This document shows positions 48,074-58,199 of a stretch of 64,000 nt of DNA, piece by piece. The position numbers and the translations under genes were made by a program. The DNA comes from a virus (Duplodnaviria; Caudoviricetes): IMG/VR virus record IMGVR_UViG_3300028591_000082; one strand, written 5' to 3'. Below the pieces are notes generated by a model. That model searched no databases. It saw only the letters and a list, made by a program, of their open reading frames with translations, and was not told where the DNA came from. The number at the start of each line of letters is the position of its first letter. The stretch's first letter is position 1.

Positions 48074-51034
48074 ATGGAAGACAATGTAAATATGATCTCA
48101 CAGATGAATGATGGGATCATAGAGTTTAATAAAAATCTTAATCAGACAGACCTTCTTATGGGAGGAATTGGCGATACTCTTAAAACAATAACAACTTGGG
48201 TTGGTGCTGGAGCAATTTCTCTTGGTTTTAAGGATATGGTTTCTTCTCTTATGAAAATAAATGAAGAGGCTACAAAGTCTGCTGTTATTCTTGGTAAAAA
48301 AGCCTTCGGAAAAGATTTAAAACAGAACATAAAAGATATATCACAAAATATAGTAGATCTACAAAAAGAAATAGGTGTTTCTACAGAAAAAGCAAAAGAA
48401 CTTACTAATGCATTTTTAAAAGCAAGAATTACTGAAAATCTTCATGACGCAACAGCTGCAGCAGCTATGTTTGAAAGGGCTACTGGAGCAACAACTGATA
48501 ACATTGTAGATATGTACAATGAAATGTATCATGGTGCAAAAATGTCTACAGAATCTGTTAATTCAGTAATGGCATCGCTTTCTAAGGTACAGCATACAGC
48601 TGGTCTTACAGAAAAAGGAATGAACGCTGTAACAAAAGAAGCTGGAAGAATGGCTGTACAATTAAGAGGATTTGGGGCAACAGACAAACAAATTCAAAAC
48701 ATGACAGTTTCTCTTGGTAAATATGCTTCTTCAATGGAAAAAGTTGGAGTAAGTGCACAAGAAGCAACTGCTTGGGTACAGGAGTTAACAAATCCAGATA
48801 ATATAGAAAAAAATGTAGGACTCTATGCTCAGATGGGTATTTCTATGTCAGATGCTCTTAGTGGAAACTTTGATGCTATGCAATCTGGAGAACAGGAGTT
48901 TGCACAAAGAATTGTAGATATGGGTCCTATTGCTGGTGCTGCATATGCAAAACAATTTGGATATTCATATAGTAAGGCAATGAAAACTATGAATCTTGAA
49001 GATGCTGGACCAATAGATACAGATCCTCAAGAAGACGCAATGAAATCTCTTAAAGAAGCAAGTGAAGAAGTTCTTGGTATAACTGGAAAAATATCTAAAT
49101 GGTTCCAGCAAATAAAAGGAAATATACTTCAATTTGGTCCAGCTATTCTTGCTGGTGTTGCTGTTGTATTTGCTTTACTTAAATCAAAAATTTTAGGAAA
49201 AGCAAAAAAGACTTTAACAAGTACAGTAAGTGAAAGTATACAAAATGGTGTACAGGATGGCCTTAAAAATTTAAATGGAGCAAAAGTTGGTGCTGGGCTC
49301 ACTGGATTATTTAAAAGAAATTTTGATAAAGCAAATAAAAGTGGTAGCGGATATGATAAAACTGGAGATTTGTTAGGTATACATAAAACACTTTCTGCTT
49401 CTGGAGCAAAACCTGGATCTAATTTTTCTGATACATTTAGTATTTATAATGCACAAGTAAAAAAAGCAAGACAGGAAAATGCAAATGCAGAATTAATGCA
49501 AATTGCGCAATCTAAAATAGCAAGGGGCAAGATGTATGAAGAAGAAATAGAAAATACAAAAAGATTAATGGAAAAACTTGACCCTAACAGCAAAGAGTAC
49601 AAAAAACTTGGTGATAGAGTAGATTGGATGGAAAGTAATTCCAAAAGCTATAAAACAAGTGCTGAAAAAATGTTTTTACAAGGCGATAGGACAAAAGCTA
49701 CTCAAACAATGGCACTGCAAGAATTGTCAGCAAAAAAAACTGATGTTAAATCTCAATTATCAAAAAATGTAGAGAGAAAAAATGAAATAGAAAGTGCTCT
49801 TAGAATGGCAAAAAATAACAAAGTTGGCTCAAGAGAATATGAAGATGCAATGGCTAAACTTGTAAAAGAAACTGGAAAGGATTTTAATGAGTTAAGTGGA
49901 GTAGTTGAAAAAAGTAATGGTACATTAACTTCTTTTGCAGAAGGGCTTGGAGATAGTGGAAAAGAATTTGTTGAACTTGGAAATAATATAAATAAAGCAA
50001 ATGCAGAAATAAAAAGAATTGAGCATAAGGAAAATTTTATAAATAATGCTGCTGTAACTGAGCCAGATACAAGCCTTGGTGGAAGAATTAAGAGTAAATG
50101 GAATAATGGTATTGCAAAAATATCTAATAATTTTGAAGACTGGAAGATGAGAAATGGTGGCGGAAGTTTTAAAAGAGCATTAGGAAATTCTGCTGGTAGA
50201 GTTGCTATAAAAGGTCTTTCTGGTCTTGGAAAATTAGCAAAATCAATTGGAAAAATTGGTCTTAAATTTGGTGTATTTGGTTTATTAATGAAATTATTAC
50301 AACCATTAATTACTCAAATAAAAGAAAAACTTGCTCCAACTCTTGAGACATTACAAACATCTATAGGCGATTTATTTAATAGCCCAGATATGCAGAATCT
50401 AATTAATAATATTGCTGATTTTGCAAAAGATTTGGTTCCAGCATTAGTAGATATTGCTAAGGCATTTATGCCAGTAATTATAGCCATATTAAAACCATTA
50501 CTTAATTTATTTATTAAATTAGTTAATGCATTACTTCCTCCTATATTATGGATACTTGGGCAACTTCTTAAATTTAGTGGAAAAATTATAGAAGGATTGG
50601 GTCATTTACCAGGACTTCATGCATTACAAGATGTAGGTAAAAGTATAAATCAATCTGGTGCAGATATGGTAAATCTTTCTGCAACGATGAAAGAAAATAA
50701 AAAATCAGTTGATGAAAATACAGATACAGTTAAATCATCAACAGAAGATAAGGCTGCAGAAATGAGAGTTGCTTCAAAATATGGTTCTACAACTCTTATA
50801 GAAAGAGGTGCTGCAATTGGAAATACTGATTCTGCAAAAACAACTGCAGCAGTAGAAAAATCTACTAATGCATTAATAGAAAGTAATTTATCAACAGAAC
50901 AAAGAGCAGAAGAACAAAAGAATCTTGATGAAGCAATATTGAAAGGAAATTTTGATATACAAAAAGCAGTAAATCTCATATTGGATAAATTAACTGGAAT
51001 ATCTGGATTTATTCCAGTTGAAGTAAAAAAATAA
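48074..51034 (+). CDS. Tape measure protein
   Basis: 986 aa, Ala/Gly/Lys helical, amphipathic P-spaced repeats, hydrophobic segments; tail cluster. Confidence 0.75.
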   Translation: MEDNVNMISQMNDGIIEFNKNLNQTDLLMGGIGDTLKTITTWVGAGAISLGFKDMVSSLMKINEEATKSAVILGKKAFGKDLKQNIKDISQNIVDLQKEIGVSTEKAKELTNAFLKARITENLHDATAAAAMFERATGATTDNIVDMYNEMYHGAKMSTESVNSVMASLSKVQHTAGLTEKGMNAVTKEAGRMAVQLRGFGATDKQIQNMTVSLGKYASSMEKVGVSAQEATAWVQELTNPDNIEKNVGLYAQMGISMSDALSGNFDAMQSGEQEFAQRIVDMGPIAGAAYAKQFGYSYSKAMKTMNLEDAGPIDTDPQEDAMKSLKEASEEVLGITGKISKWFQQIKGNILQFGPAILAGVAVVFALLKSKILGKAKKTLTSTVSESIQNGVQDGLKNLNGAKVGAGLTGLFKRNFDKANKSGSGYDKTGDLLGIHKTLSASGAKPGSNFSDTFSIYNAQVKKARQENANAELMQIAQSKIARGKMYEEEIENTKRLMEKLDPNSKEYKKLGDRVDWMESNSKSYKTSAEKMFLQGDRTKATQTMALQELSAKKTDVKSQLSKNVERKNEIESALRMAKNNKVGSREYEDAMAKLVKETGKDFNELSGVVEKSNGTLTSFAEGLGDSGKEFVELGNNINKANAEIKRIEHKENFINNAAVTEPDTSLGGRIKSKWNNGIAKISNNFEDWKMRNGGGSFKRALGNSAGRVAIKGLSGLGKLAKSIGKIGLKFGVFGLLMKLLQPLITQIKEKLAPTLETLQTSIGDLFNSPDMQNLINNIADFAKDLVPALVDIAKAFMPVIIAILKPLLNLFIKLVNALLPPILWILGQLLKFSGKIIEGLGHLPGLHALQDVGKSINQSGADMVNLSATMKENKKSVDENTDTVKSSTEDKAAEMRVASKYGSTTLIERGAAIGNTDSAKTTAAVEKSTNALIESNLSTEQRAEEQKNLDEAILKGNFDIQKAVNLILDKLTGISGFIPVEVKK

Positions 51035-51058
51035 GTATAAATAAATTAAGATAATATT

Positions 51059-53767
51059 ATGAATATCTTATCAGGATCAGAATACACACCAAGAAAAATA
51101 TCTCGTGCTCAGAATCAAAATTTAAATACTGAATTAAAAGAAAAAGATTATATAGAAAAAATAAGACCAGATAATTTAACTACTGTAGTACAAGAAGGAA
51201 CTGGTAAAGAAGAGTTTGTAGATGAATTTAGAGTGCTTCTTCAAAACTCAAACATGAAGGCATCTGCTGGTGATGAAGCAACAACTAACGAAATATCAAC
51301 AGGATTTACAAAAGATGAAAAGAAATCAAGATATGAAATAACTGATGAAAATACAAAAAATGGATTATCTGGTGAGCTTAATCAAGTAGAAATAAAAAAT
51401 TTCTCTACAGAAATAACAACAGACCATAAGTTTAAAAAAATAGATGGCGGAATACAAGTAATAGGTGATTATTCTACTGAAAATAATTTAACTGATGGTG
51501 GAGTTGATGACCTTAATTGGGATAATATAACTAGTAGTGATTTTTGGGATAAGTTTGGTGCAGCCGCTGGAAGAACAGCTATTTCAGAAATTCCAGGATT
51601 TAGTGCTGTAGCTGAGGCTACTAATATAATTTATGATGCAGTTAATAAAGCTTTAGGAACAGAAGAAAAAAGTCGTGATGAAACATTTAATGAATTAAAT
51701 AGATCTCTTATAGGTATTGAATCTTTAAAAAGTCAGGCTGATAATAAAAAAGAATATACAAATTCAAAAGTATATAGATTAAATAATAGTATAAATTTTC
51801 CAACTGGAACTGTTGATAGCAATAAATATGGTTCATTACATCAAGACAAAGCATCAAATTGGTTTCAATCTAAAAGAGCAGATAGTGGATTTTGGAAAAG
51901 TCTTGGATTAGATATTTTACAAGGAAGTCTTGGCGCAGCAAATTCTCTTTTAGGTGTTAATATCCCAAATGAAATGGATTTTTGGGAAGTTGGTAGTGAT
52001 ACAGAAGAAACTTTAAATGCTCAAGAGGCTCTTGCATTACAATCTGTAAATTCTCAAAATATTTATAATGAAAAACCTGGTGCTTTTATTAGGCCATTAA
52101 AAGATGAAACATTTAAGCAAGAACATAAAGACCTTTATGAAAATGTTAAAAATTTAAATTTTAATACTAATACTCAATATAATAAAAATGCTGGTAATAG
52201 AGATGATTATTATATAGGATATTTATCAAAAGGTAGTGATTTAGAAAAAAGAAAAAACCCAAATCTTAGTTTTAATATATTTGACCCATATTATGCTGGA
52301 AGATCTAATTATTTTGATAGATTTGAAGCTAAGTCTATTGGTTATATATATGTAGAACCATATTTTAACAAAACTGGAATAAATGTATTTACAATACCAT
52401 TTCAGTTTAATCCAGAAATTTCTGAAGGCTCTATTTCTGCAAAATATTCTACTGAAGAAATTTTAGGAAGAATTACTGCTGCTAGATATTATATAAATAC
52501 AGATAGTCAAGCAACAACAATAAAAGCAAAATATGTTGCAACAAATCAAAATCATGATATTAATTATATAAATAATAATATACCAAGAAGTAACTATATT
52601 GGATTAGATTCTGATTGGTATGAATATTGGACACCAGAAAAATTATCTGAATTAGAAAGAAAATATAGATCTCTTGTTTTTCCATTAAGAGATGGTGATT
52701 ATTTAGTAAAACCACCTATTATTCAGGTTTATATTAATGGTGAAAAAAATATATATGGATTAGAAACTGTAGAAAATGTTTTGTCATACCCTCTTGCATC
52801 AAGTGGCGAATATTTAATAGATGGTAAATCAACTGCAAAATCATCATATGAAACATATGGTGGGAAACCAGTTTTTGAGCATACAAAAGTATTTGATGAT
52901 AGTATTGAAAAGGAAAGTGACGGACAAATAGGCGGTCTTGGAAATGTAAAAAGATTCATAGTTACAGATGTAAAAATAGAAGATGTAGAAAATACAAACG
53001 GCTGGAATTATGACACCAAAACAAGTTTTAAAAGAGGATTTACAGTTACATTAACTCTTGCAGAAACTACAAGAAACTTTTTGGATCAAGTTCCAGATTT
53101 TAAAGCATATTATGATGCATTTGAAACAAGAAGAATTACAAATGAAGAATCTTATAAAGTAGCTGGAGAAAATGATTATTATGTTAGAGTTCCTTCAGAA
53201 AGTGAAAGTAGCAGCGTTAAATATGAATATGGTTCTGGAAATTCATATTTTGATTTTGTAGCAAATAAAGGAAAAGCTACTAGCGATATTGATAACGCAA
53301 GAGCAGAACTTGAAGAACAACAAGATACTCTTGATAATGCAAAGGACAAAAGGGAAAACTATAAGAAAGGGTTAGAAGGAGAAAAATCATATAAGAAAGA
53401 AAAAGAAGAGCAATTAAAAAATACAAACAAAACAATAAAAGAAAAAAATAAAGCATATGATGATTTAACAAAACAAATTAACAATGCAAATAATGATCAG
53501 GCAACAATAGATGCTCTTACTCAAAAAAGAGATGGTGTATATAATGAACTTATTGATTTGTATGGTGAAAGATCATCTTTGGAAACAAGTATTTCTACAG
53601 CTGATACTGAAATTTCTACGTTTAATAATATTATAAGTGGATTAGATACTGAAATTTCAGGTTACAATAGTGATATAAAAACACAAAAAAATGTTGTAAA
53701 GCAGATGGTAAATAATTATAATAATATAATTACTAAAAATCCATATTTTGCTTTGATTGATGAATAG
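51059..53767 (+). CDS. Tail/baseplate protein (tube-initiator-like domain + C-terminal coiled coil)
   Basis: IPFQFNPEISE...Y....ILGR and PPII motifs; position after tape measure. Confidence 0.55.
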   Translation: MNILSGSEYTPRKISRAQNQNLNTELKEKDYIEKIRPDNLTTVVQEGTGKEEFVDEFRVLLQNSNMKASAGDEATTNEISTGFTKDEKKSRYEITDENTKNGLSGELNQVEIKNFSTEITTDHKFKKIDGGIQVIGDYSTENNLTDGGVDDLNWDNITSSDFWDKFGAAAGRTAISEIPGFSAVAEATNIIYDAVNKALGTEEKSRDETFNELNRSLIGIESLKSQADNKKEYTNSKVYRLNNSINFPTGTVDSNKYGSLHQDKASNWFQSKRADSGFWKSLGLDILQGSLGAANSLLGVNIPNEMDFWEVGSDTEETLNAQEALALQSVNSQNIYNEKPGAFIRPLKDETFKQEHKDLYENVKNLNFNTNTQYNKNAGNRDDYYIGYLSKGSDLEKRKNPNLSFNIFDPYYAGRSNYFDRFEAKSIGYIYVEPYFNKTGINVFTIPFQFNPEISEGSISAKYSTEEILGRITAARYYINTDSQATTIKAKYVATNQNHDINYINNNIPRSNYIGLDSDWYEYWTPEKLSELERKYRSLVFPLRDGDYLVKPPIIQVYINGEKNIYGLETVENVLSYPLASSGEYLIDGKSTAKSSYETYGGKPVFEHTKVFDDSIEKESDGQIGGLGNVKRFIVTDVKIEDVENTNGWNYDTKTSFKRGFTVTLTLAETTRNFLDQVPDFKAYYDAFETRRITNEESYKVAGENDYYVRVPSESESSSVKYEYGSGNSYFDFVANKGKATSDIDNARAELEEQQDTLDNAKDKRENYKKGLEGEKSYKKEKEEQLKNTNKTIKEKNKAYDDLTKQINNANNDQATIDALTQKRDGVYNELIDLYGERSSLETSISTADTEISTFNNIISGLDTEISGYNSDIKTQKNVVKQMVNNYNNIITKNPYFALIDE

Positions 53768-53778
53768 GAATTTGTAAT

Positions 53779-54087
53779 ATGAATAAATATAGTTTTATAA
53801 AAAATATATACTCAAAAGAATTAAATGAAAATATAAAAGGTTTTCTTAATGGTGATACTATAAAAAAACTTAGAGAGGATCCATTAGCTACAATTGGGTA
53901 TGTAAAGTTAGGTTTAGAATATAGGCCAGATAAAATTTCTGCTTATTACTATGGAAGTACAGAATATGACTGGGTAATAGTTGCTGTTAATACAACTAAT
54001 GGAATTCAAGACTTGACATTTGGAAAAAAGCTTGTTATACCTTCTGTTGATAAAATAGTTACATTGGGAGTTGGCAATGCTATATAA
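53779..54087 (+). CDS. Baseplate wedge protein (gp53/LysM-like)
   Basis: YRPDKISAYYYGSTEYDWVIVAVN...G..LVIP. Confidence 0.75.
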   Translation: MNKYSFIKNIYSKELNENIKGFLNGDTIKKLREDPLATIGYVKLGLEYRPDKISAYYYGSTEYDWVIVAVNTTNGIQDLTFGKKLVIPSVDKIVTLGVGNAI

Positions 54088-55165
54088 AGCAAGAGTTATT
54101 TCTAACAATGAATTTGCTCAAACTGGAAAAATAAAAGTAAGAATTTTTAAAAATACTATGCCAGAATTATGGAAAGATTTGTCATTAATTCCAGATTCTA
54201 TTAAAAAAGGAAATAGTATACTTAAAAATGATTATGGATTTAAAGTAAAATCTAGCGAGGATGAAGCATATGTATTCTCAATGTATGGTGGAGGAAATGA
54301 TTTTGGTTTCTTTGCTCTTCCACAACCTAATTCGTTAGGTATCGTTTCAACGATAGAAAATGAAACTAATGAAAGACTAATAGAATACGTATGGCTTGGC
54401 TCTGTTTCTTTTATGAATGGAACATCAATAAATCTTCCATCGAATAATGAAAAGGATAAAAATGGAGTAGCAAAAGGCTCAAACTCTATTTCACCAGATG
54501 GATTTGTTATTAAAACAAAAAAAACAAATTATTTAAATTATAATTCTGTAAAGTCAGAAGATTTAGATTTTGCAAACAAACCATTTACTAATCTTATCGC
54601 GGTTACTGATAAAGGAATAGAGCTTTATTATAGAAATGCAACGAGTACAAAAAATGGACCAAAAATTCTTGGAACATCTAAAGTAAAAATTGACATGGCT
54701 GGTCTTACTGGAGAATTTTATCCATACAAAGATAATTCTCCAGATACAGATACTTGTTCTAAATTTTATATAAAACCAAATGGAGAAGTTCAGCTTGAAA
54801 GACACAAAAAAGATCAGGCAAGTTGTACTATAAAAACTGGATCTGAAGTTGATAATATAAATAATAAAGAAGTTGGAGTTATAAGACTTTCTGTAAATGG
54901 AAAAAATATATCATCTGACTTAAAGTTACAGGATAATTCTATTGAGTGTGCTGTAAATGGAAATAGCTTGCAATTATCTGCAGAGAATGGTATAATAGTA
55001 ACTGCAGCAAAAGATAAAACTATTTCATTTGAAGCAGATAGAATAAATCTTGGACCAAATAATAAATCAGTTGTTCTTGTAGATAACGCTTTTGCAGAAA
55101 AATATCCTTCTGGATTTAGACCAGATGGTGTTATATTCTTCGCTTCAGGTGTAACAAAAGGATAA
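54077..55165 (+). CDS. Baseplate central spike (gp5/gpV OB-fold-like)
   Basis: ARVISN....TGKIKVRI, GFFALPQ..S.G.V, WLGS, beta-rich C-terminus. Confidence 0.7.
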   Translation: MLYKARVISNNEFAQTGKIKVRIFKNTMPELWKDLSLIPDSIKKGNSILKNDYGFKVKSSEDEAYVFSMYGGGNDFGFFALPQPNSLGIVSTIENETNERLIEYVWLGSVSFMNGTSINLPSNNEKDKNGVAKGSNSISPDGFVIKTKKTNYLNYNSVKSEDLDFANKPFTNLIAVTDKGIELYYRNATSTKNGPKILGTSKVKIDMAGLTGEFYPYKDNSPDTDTCSKFYIKPNGEVQLERHKKDQASCTIKTGSEVDNINNKEVGVIRLSVNGKNISSDLKLQDNSIECAVNGNSLQLSAENGIIVTAAKDKTISFEADRINLGPNNKSVVLVDNAFAEKYPSGFRPDGVIFFASGVTKG

Positions 55166-55180
55166 TAAAAGGAGAAATAA

Positions 55181-55366
55181 ATGGAAAAGGAGTATGGATT
55201 TAGTTTTAGTGCTAATGAAGCACAAATCCTTGTAGACGGCCTTAGTGAATTACCGCTAAAGAAAGGCCTGGCAGTTCTGCAAAAACTTCAAAATCAGTTT
55301 AACAACCAAAGTGAAAAAACTGAAGAAGTTGATAAGCAGGAAGAAGTTTTAACCGAAGAAAAATAA
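55181..55366 (+). CDS. Small hypothetical tail-region protein
   Basis: AAGGAG SD; EAQILVDGLSELP...LQKLQ. Confidence 0.55.
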   Translation: MEKEYGFSFSANEAQILVDGLSELPLKKGLAVLQKLQNQFNNQSEKTEEVDKQEEVLTEEK

Positions 55367-55380
55367 GTCCTGAGAAGCAA

Positions 55381-55411
55381 AAAGCCACTGGAATTCCAGT
55401 GGCTTTTTTTT
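55381..55411. terminator. Bidirectional intrinsic terminator
   Basis: Palindrome AAAGCCACTGGAATTCCAGTGGCTTT + T-tract between convergent genes. Confidence 0.85.
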
Positions 55412-55433
55412 GGTTTAGTGATTGATTTTTTTA

Positions 55434-56066
55434 TTAGAATACTGCGTCTATTACATCTTTAAGGGATTTATTTGTATTAACTTCTTCTTTTACAACTTTT
55501 TCTTCGTAAACTGTATCAGAAACAGCTTCTTGACAAGAAGGAGTACCTACAACATCAATGGAAATAATTTTACATGGTCCAACTACTTCTTTAATGTCTT
55601 CTGTTAAAGGAATACCAAGTTCTGCTTTTGTCTGCTCTGACATTGGTTTTGTTTTTCCAGTCATTCTTGTAGAGAAACAAATCTTAAAACCAGATTTTGC
55701 AAGACCTTCTACAACTTTCCCAGCTTCTGTAAGCGTTGGAACTGCTTTACCACTGATTATACCAGTGTCTTCATCCCATTTGAATTCTGGGAATGTTACA
55801 GCAATTCTTTCAAGATTTACATGAGCATCTTTTGCATGTTCAAGTTCTCCAAAAATTGGTTGACCAGTTTTTTTACTTCTTCCAACTGCTTCATTATATG
55901 TTTCTCTTAAAAGACTTTTTCTATAAACTCTTTTGTTTCCATTTACTTTATCAGCTTCGGATAAAATACCCTTAAACGCAATACGCTTTTGTCCTTCTCC
56001 GATTTCTTCTTCTACGATTTCTACTTCGCTATTTTCAACGAATTCTTCAGTTAGCAATTCTTCCAT
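55434..56066 (-). CDS. Prohead protease (T4 gp21-like)
   Basis: GILSEAD..NGNKRVY, GELEH, FSTR..G, DVVGTPS. Confidence 0.9.
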   Translation of the reverse strand: MEELLTEEFVENSEVEIVEEEIGEGQKRIAFKGILSEADKVNGNKRVYRKSLLRETYNEAVGRSKKTGQPIFGELEHAKDAHVNLERIAVTFPEFKWDEDTGIISGKAVPTLTEAGKVVEGLAKSGFKICFSTRMTGKTKPMSEQTKAELGIPLTEDIKEVVGPCKIISIDVVGTPSCQEAVSDTVYEEKVVKEEVNTNKSLKDVIDAVF

Positions 56067-56080
56067 AAATTACCTCTATT

Positions 56081-56695
56081 TTAACTTTTTTCAGTTATTA
56101 CTAGCATTCTTTTTTTGTTACATTTTCTAAAATCATCAAAACTAAATGTTTCTAAATTTCCTCCATTTTTGTTTCTAGGATTTTTACCCCAAGGGTCATA
56201 GTATACAAAACCTTTATCATTAATATCAACAATTGTTATATAATGTCCAGTAGTTTTTTCATCTTCATATGATAAAACTATTGCAGAATTTGAGCTCTTG
56301 ATTATAGTTTTAGCCATAGTTTCAAGCTCTCTTTGAGTATCTGTATAGAATGTTCTTGCTGTAACATGTGCTATTTTTTCTGCTGCATATCTTAAATTCT
56401 CAAGATATTCATTTTCGCACATTCCATCTCCATGTTCTGGCATATCTTTTTCATTCTGATATATATAACAGAATAATAAATCTGCCTGAGACATAACATT
56501 TTTACCTTCAATTTGCGGAAGTTTTACATAAAACTTGTTATTTACTGCTTCAATTGCGCAGCAAACAGCATTTACATTGCAAGTTTCAAGGTGAAAATTT
56601 ACCTGTTTTTGAACTCTTAAATCATAAAGAAATTTCTCTATAATTCTGTTTGTTTGTTCATATCTAATATTTTCGTTCTTATATTTAGCCGCCAT
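56081..56695 (-). CDS. C39-like cysteine peptidase
   Basis: Q......TCNVNA (Cys), GHYITI (His), YYDPWG (Asp). Confidence 0.7.
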   Translation of the reverse strand: MAAKYKNENIRYEQTNRIIEKFLYDLRVQKQVNFHLETCNVNAVCCAIEAVNNKFYVKLPQIEGKNVMSQADLLFCYIYQNEKDMPEHGDGMCENEYLENLRYAAEKIAHVTARTFYTDTQRELETMAKTIIKSSNSAIVLSYEDEKTTGHYITIVDINDKGFVYYDPWGKNPRNKNGGNLETFSFDDFRKCNKKRMLVITEKS

Positions 56696-56744
56696 ATAAT
56701 TAGCTTAATTAATGGAAAAAGTTAAAATTATAATGGAGATAGAT

Positions 56745-57233
56745 ATGACTCTAAGACAATTACTTGATAACATTCAGTATGGCGAAGAATACATGAAAAA
56801 GGAAGCAAACAAGAAGGCAATACTTGAAAATTATGATGAAGAAATAGATATGCTTAAAGCATCTTCAAGAATTAGAAGTATTGCTAGAAACACGGTTCTC
56901 GAAGAGGATGTAGCGAAAAAAGTTGAAAGACTTTGCGTTAAGCTTGAATCTTTTGAAGAAAAAATAAATGATAATAAAGAAATTTCTCCAGCTTATAAGA
57001 AGATGCAGTGTTCTGCAATTATGGAAAGCTGTAATGATCTTATTAAAGAAATAGATGGCTATAAGAGAAATTCAGATGTTCAAAAGAAAGAAGGTATTGC
57101 TAAAATTGTAGCAGATGCAAATTTCTTTGTTAAAAATTATATTGATTCACAGGCAGTAATGAATGAATCTAAGAATCCTCTTTTTGCCTCATATATTAAT
57201 GAAGAAAAGAAACAACTCGAAGAATATCTTTAA
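56745..57233 (+). CDS. Putative head-internal protein
   Basis: Start reassigned to MTLRQLLD (GGAG SD, AAGTTAA at 56719-56725); ILE/VLEE/INEE sites. Confidence 0.55.
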   Translation: MTLRQLLDNIQYGEEYMKKEANKKAILENYDEEIDMLKASSRIRSIARNTVLEEDVAKKVERLCVKLESFEEKINDNKEISPAYKKMQCSAIMESCNDLIKEIDGYKRNSDVQKKEGIAKIVADANFFVKNYIDSQAVMNESKNPLFASYINEEKKQLEEYL

Positions 57234-57239
57234 TTTAAG

Positions 57240-57267
57240 TTGACAAAAGAAAAGAAACTGATAAAAT
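57240..57267 (+). promoter_or_regulatory. Sigma70-type promoter for AKR-rSAM operon
   Basis: TTGACA-16-TAAAAT with TGn extension. Confidence 0.75.
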
Positions 57268-57287
57268 AAAAAGAAAAAGGAGTTAAA

Positions 57288-58199
57288 ATGGAACTAAAAG
57301 ATATCTCTAGAATTGGTCTAGGTGGGTGCGAATTACCAGAAAACCAAGAAAGAGCCAATGAACTTATCTCTTATGCATTAAAAAATGGTATAAACTTTTT
57401 TGACCAGGGCTGGGGATATGGTGGGGCCGAACATAAATCAGAAAATATTCTTGGAACTTTCTTGGCAGAAAATCCAAAAATAAGAGAAAATATTATGCTT
57501 TGTGATAAATTACCTATGTATGAAGAACTTTATAATAAGTTTGGATATGATGGTGATAACATAGAAGAAGTTTTTGATAAATTATTTGAAAAGCAGCTTG
57601 AATGTTTAAATACTGATTATCTTGACATTTATATGCTTCATGCGCTTGATGATAATAAGTTTATGACAGAAGATAAATATATTGCTGCCATTAAGTGGAT
57701 GCAGAAAAAAAAGTTTGAAGGAAAAATTAAGCATATAGGCTTTTCTGCGCATATAGATCTTTACAAACTTAATTACTATATTGATTTATTTGAAAAAAAT
57801 TTTGGCAAAGGTATTGTAGATACTGCAATGCTTACATATAATATATTTAGTGGTTCAGATTGGGTAACAGAACAAACTGGAATTAATGTATGGACAAATC
57901 CTGGAAAAAAAGGAATTGAGTTATGTAAAGAGCATGGGATTACAGTTATTTCAATGATGCCTCTTGAAAGCGGAAGAGCTCTTGAAGTATCACATGATAA
58001 AACATTTACAGATTGGTGTTATAAATTTATTTTTGATAATAAGTTTATCACTTCTACTCTTTCTGGCACATCAAATATAAAACATTTACAGCAAATAATA
58101 GATGTATATAACGCAAATCATAATATTTTAAAAAAGCCAGAAGAAAAAACTGTTAGTAAAAAATTTTCAAAGAAAGTAATTAAAAAGGAGAGCAAGTAA
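57288..58199 (+). CDS. Aldo/keto reductase
   Basis: SRIGLG, NFFDQGWGY, SE.ILG, DKL, L.TDYLDIYMLH, GKIKHIGFS; D-Y-K-H tetrad present. Confidence 0.88.
   Translation: MELKDISRIGLGGCELPENQERANELISYALKNGINFFDQGWGYGGAEHKSENILGTFLAENPKIRENIMLCDKLPMYEELYNKFGYDGDNIEEVFDKLFEKQLECLNTDYLDIYMLHALDDNKFMTEDKYIAAIKWMQKKKFEGKIKHIGFSAHIDLYKLNYYIDLFEKNFGKGIVDTAMLTYNIFSGSDWVTEQTGINVWTNPGKKGIELCKEHGITVISMMPLESGRALEVSHDKTFTDWCYKFIFDNKFITSTLSGTSNIKHLQQIIDVYNANHNILKKPEEKTVSKKFSKKVIKKESK

Noticed and set aside
51036-51043. T4 late promoter TATAAATA
   Set aside because: Noticed upstream of only this late gene and expected by chance in AT-rich DNA; AAGHTAA is the recurrent motif.
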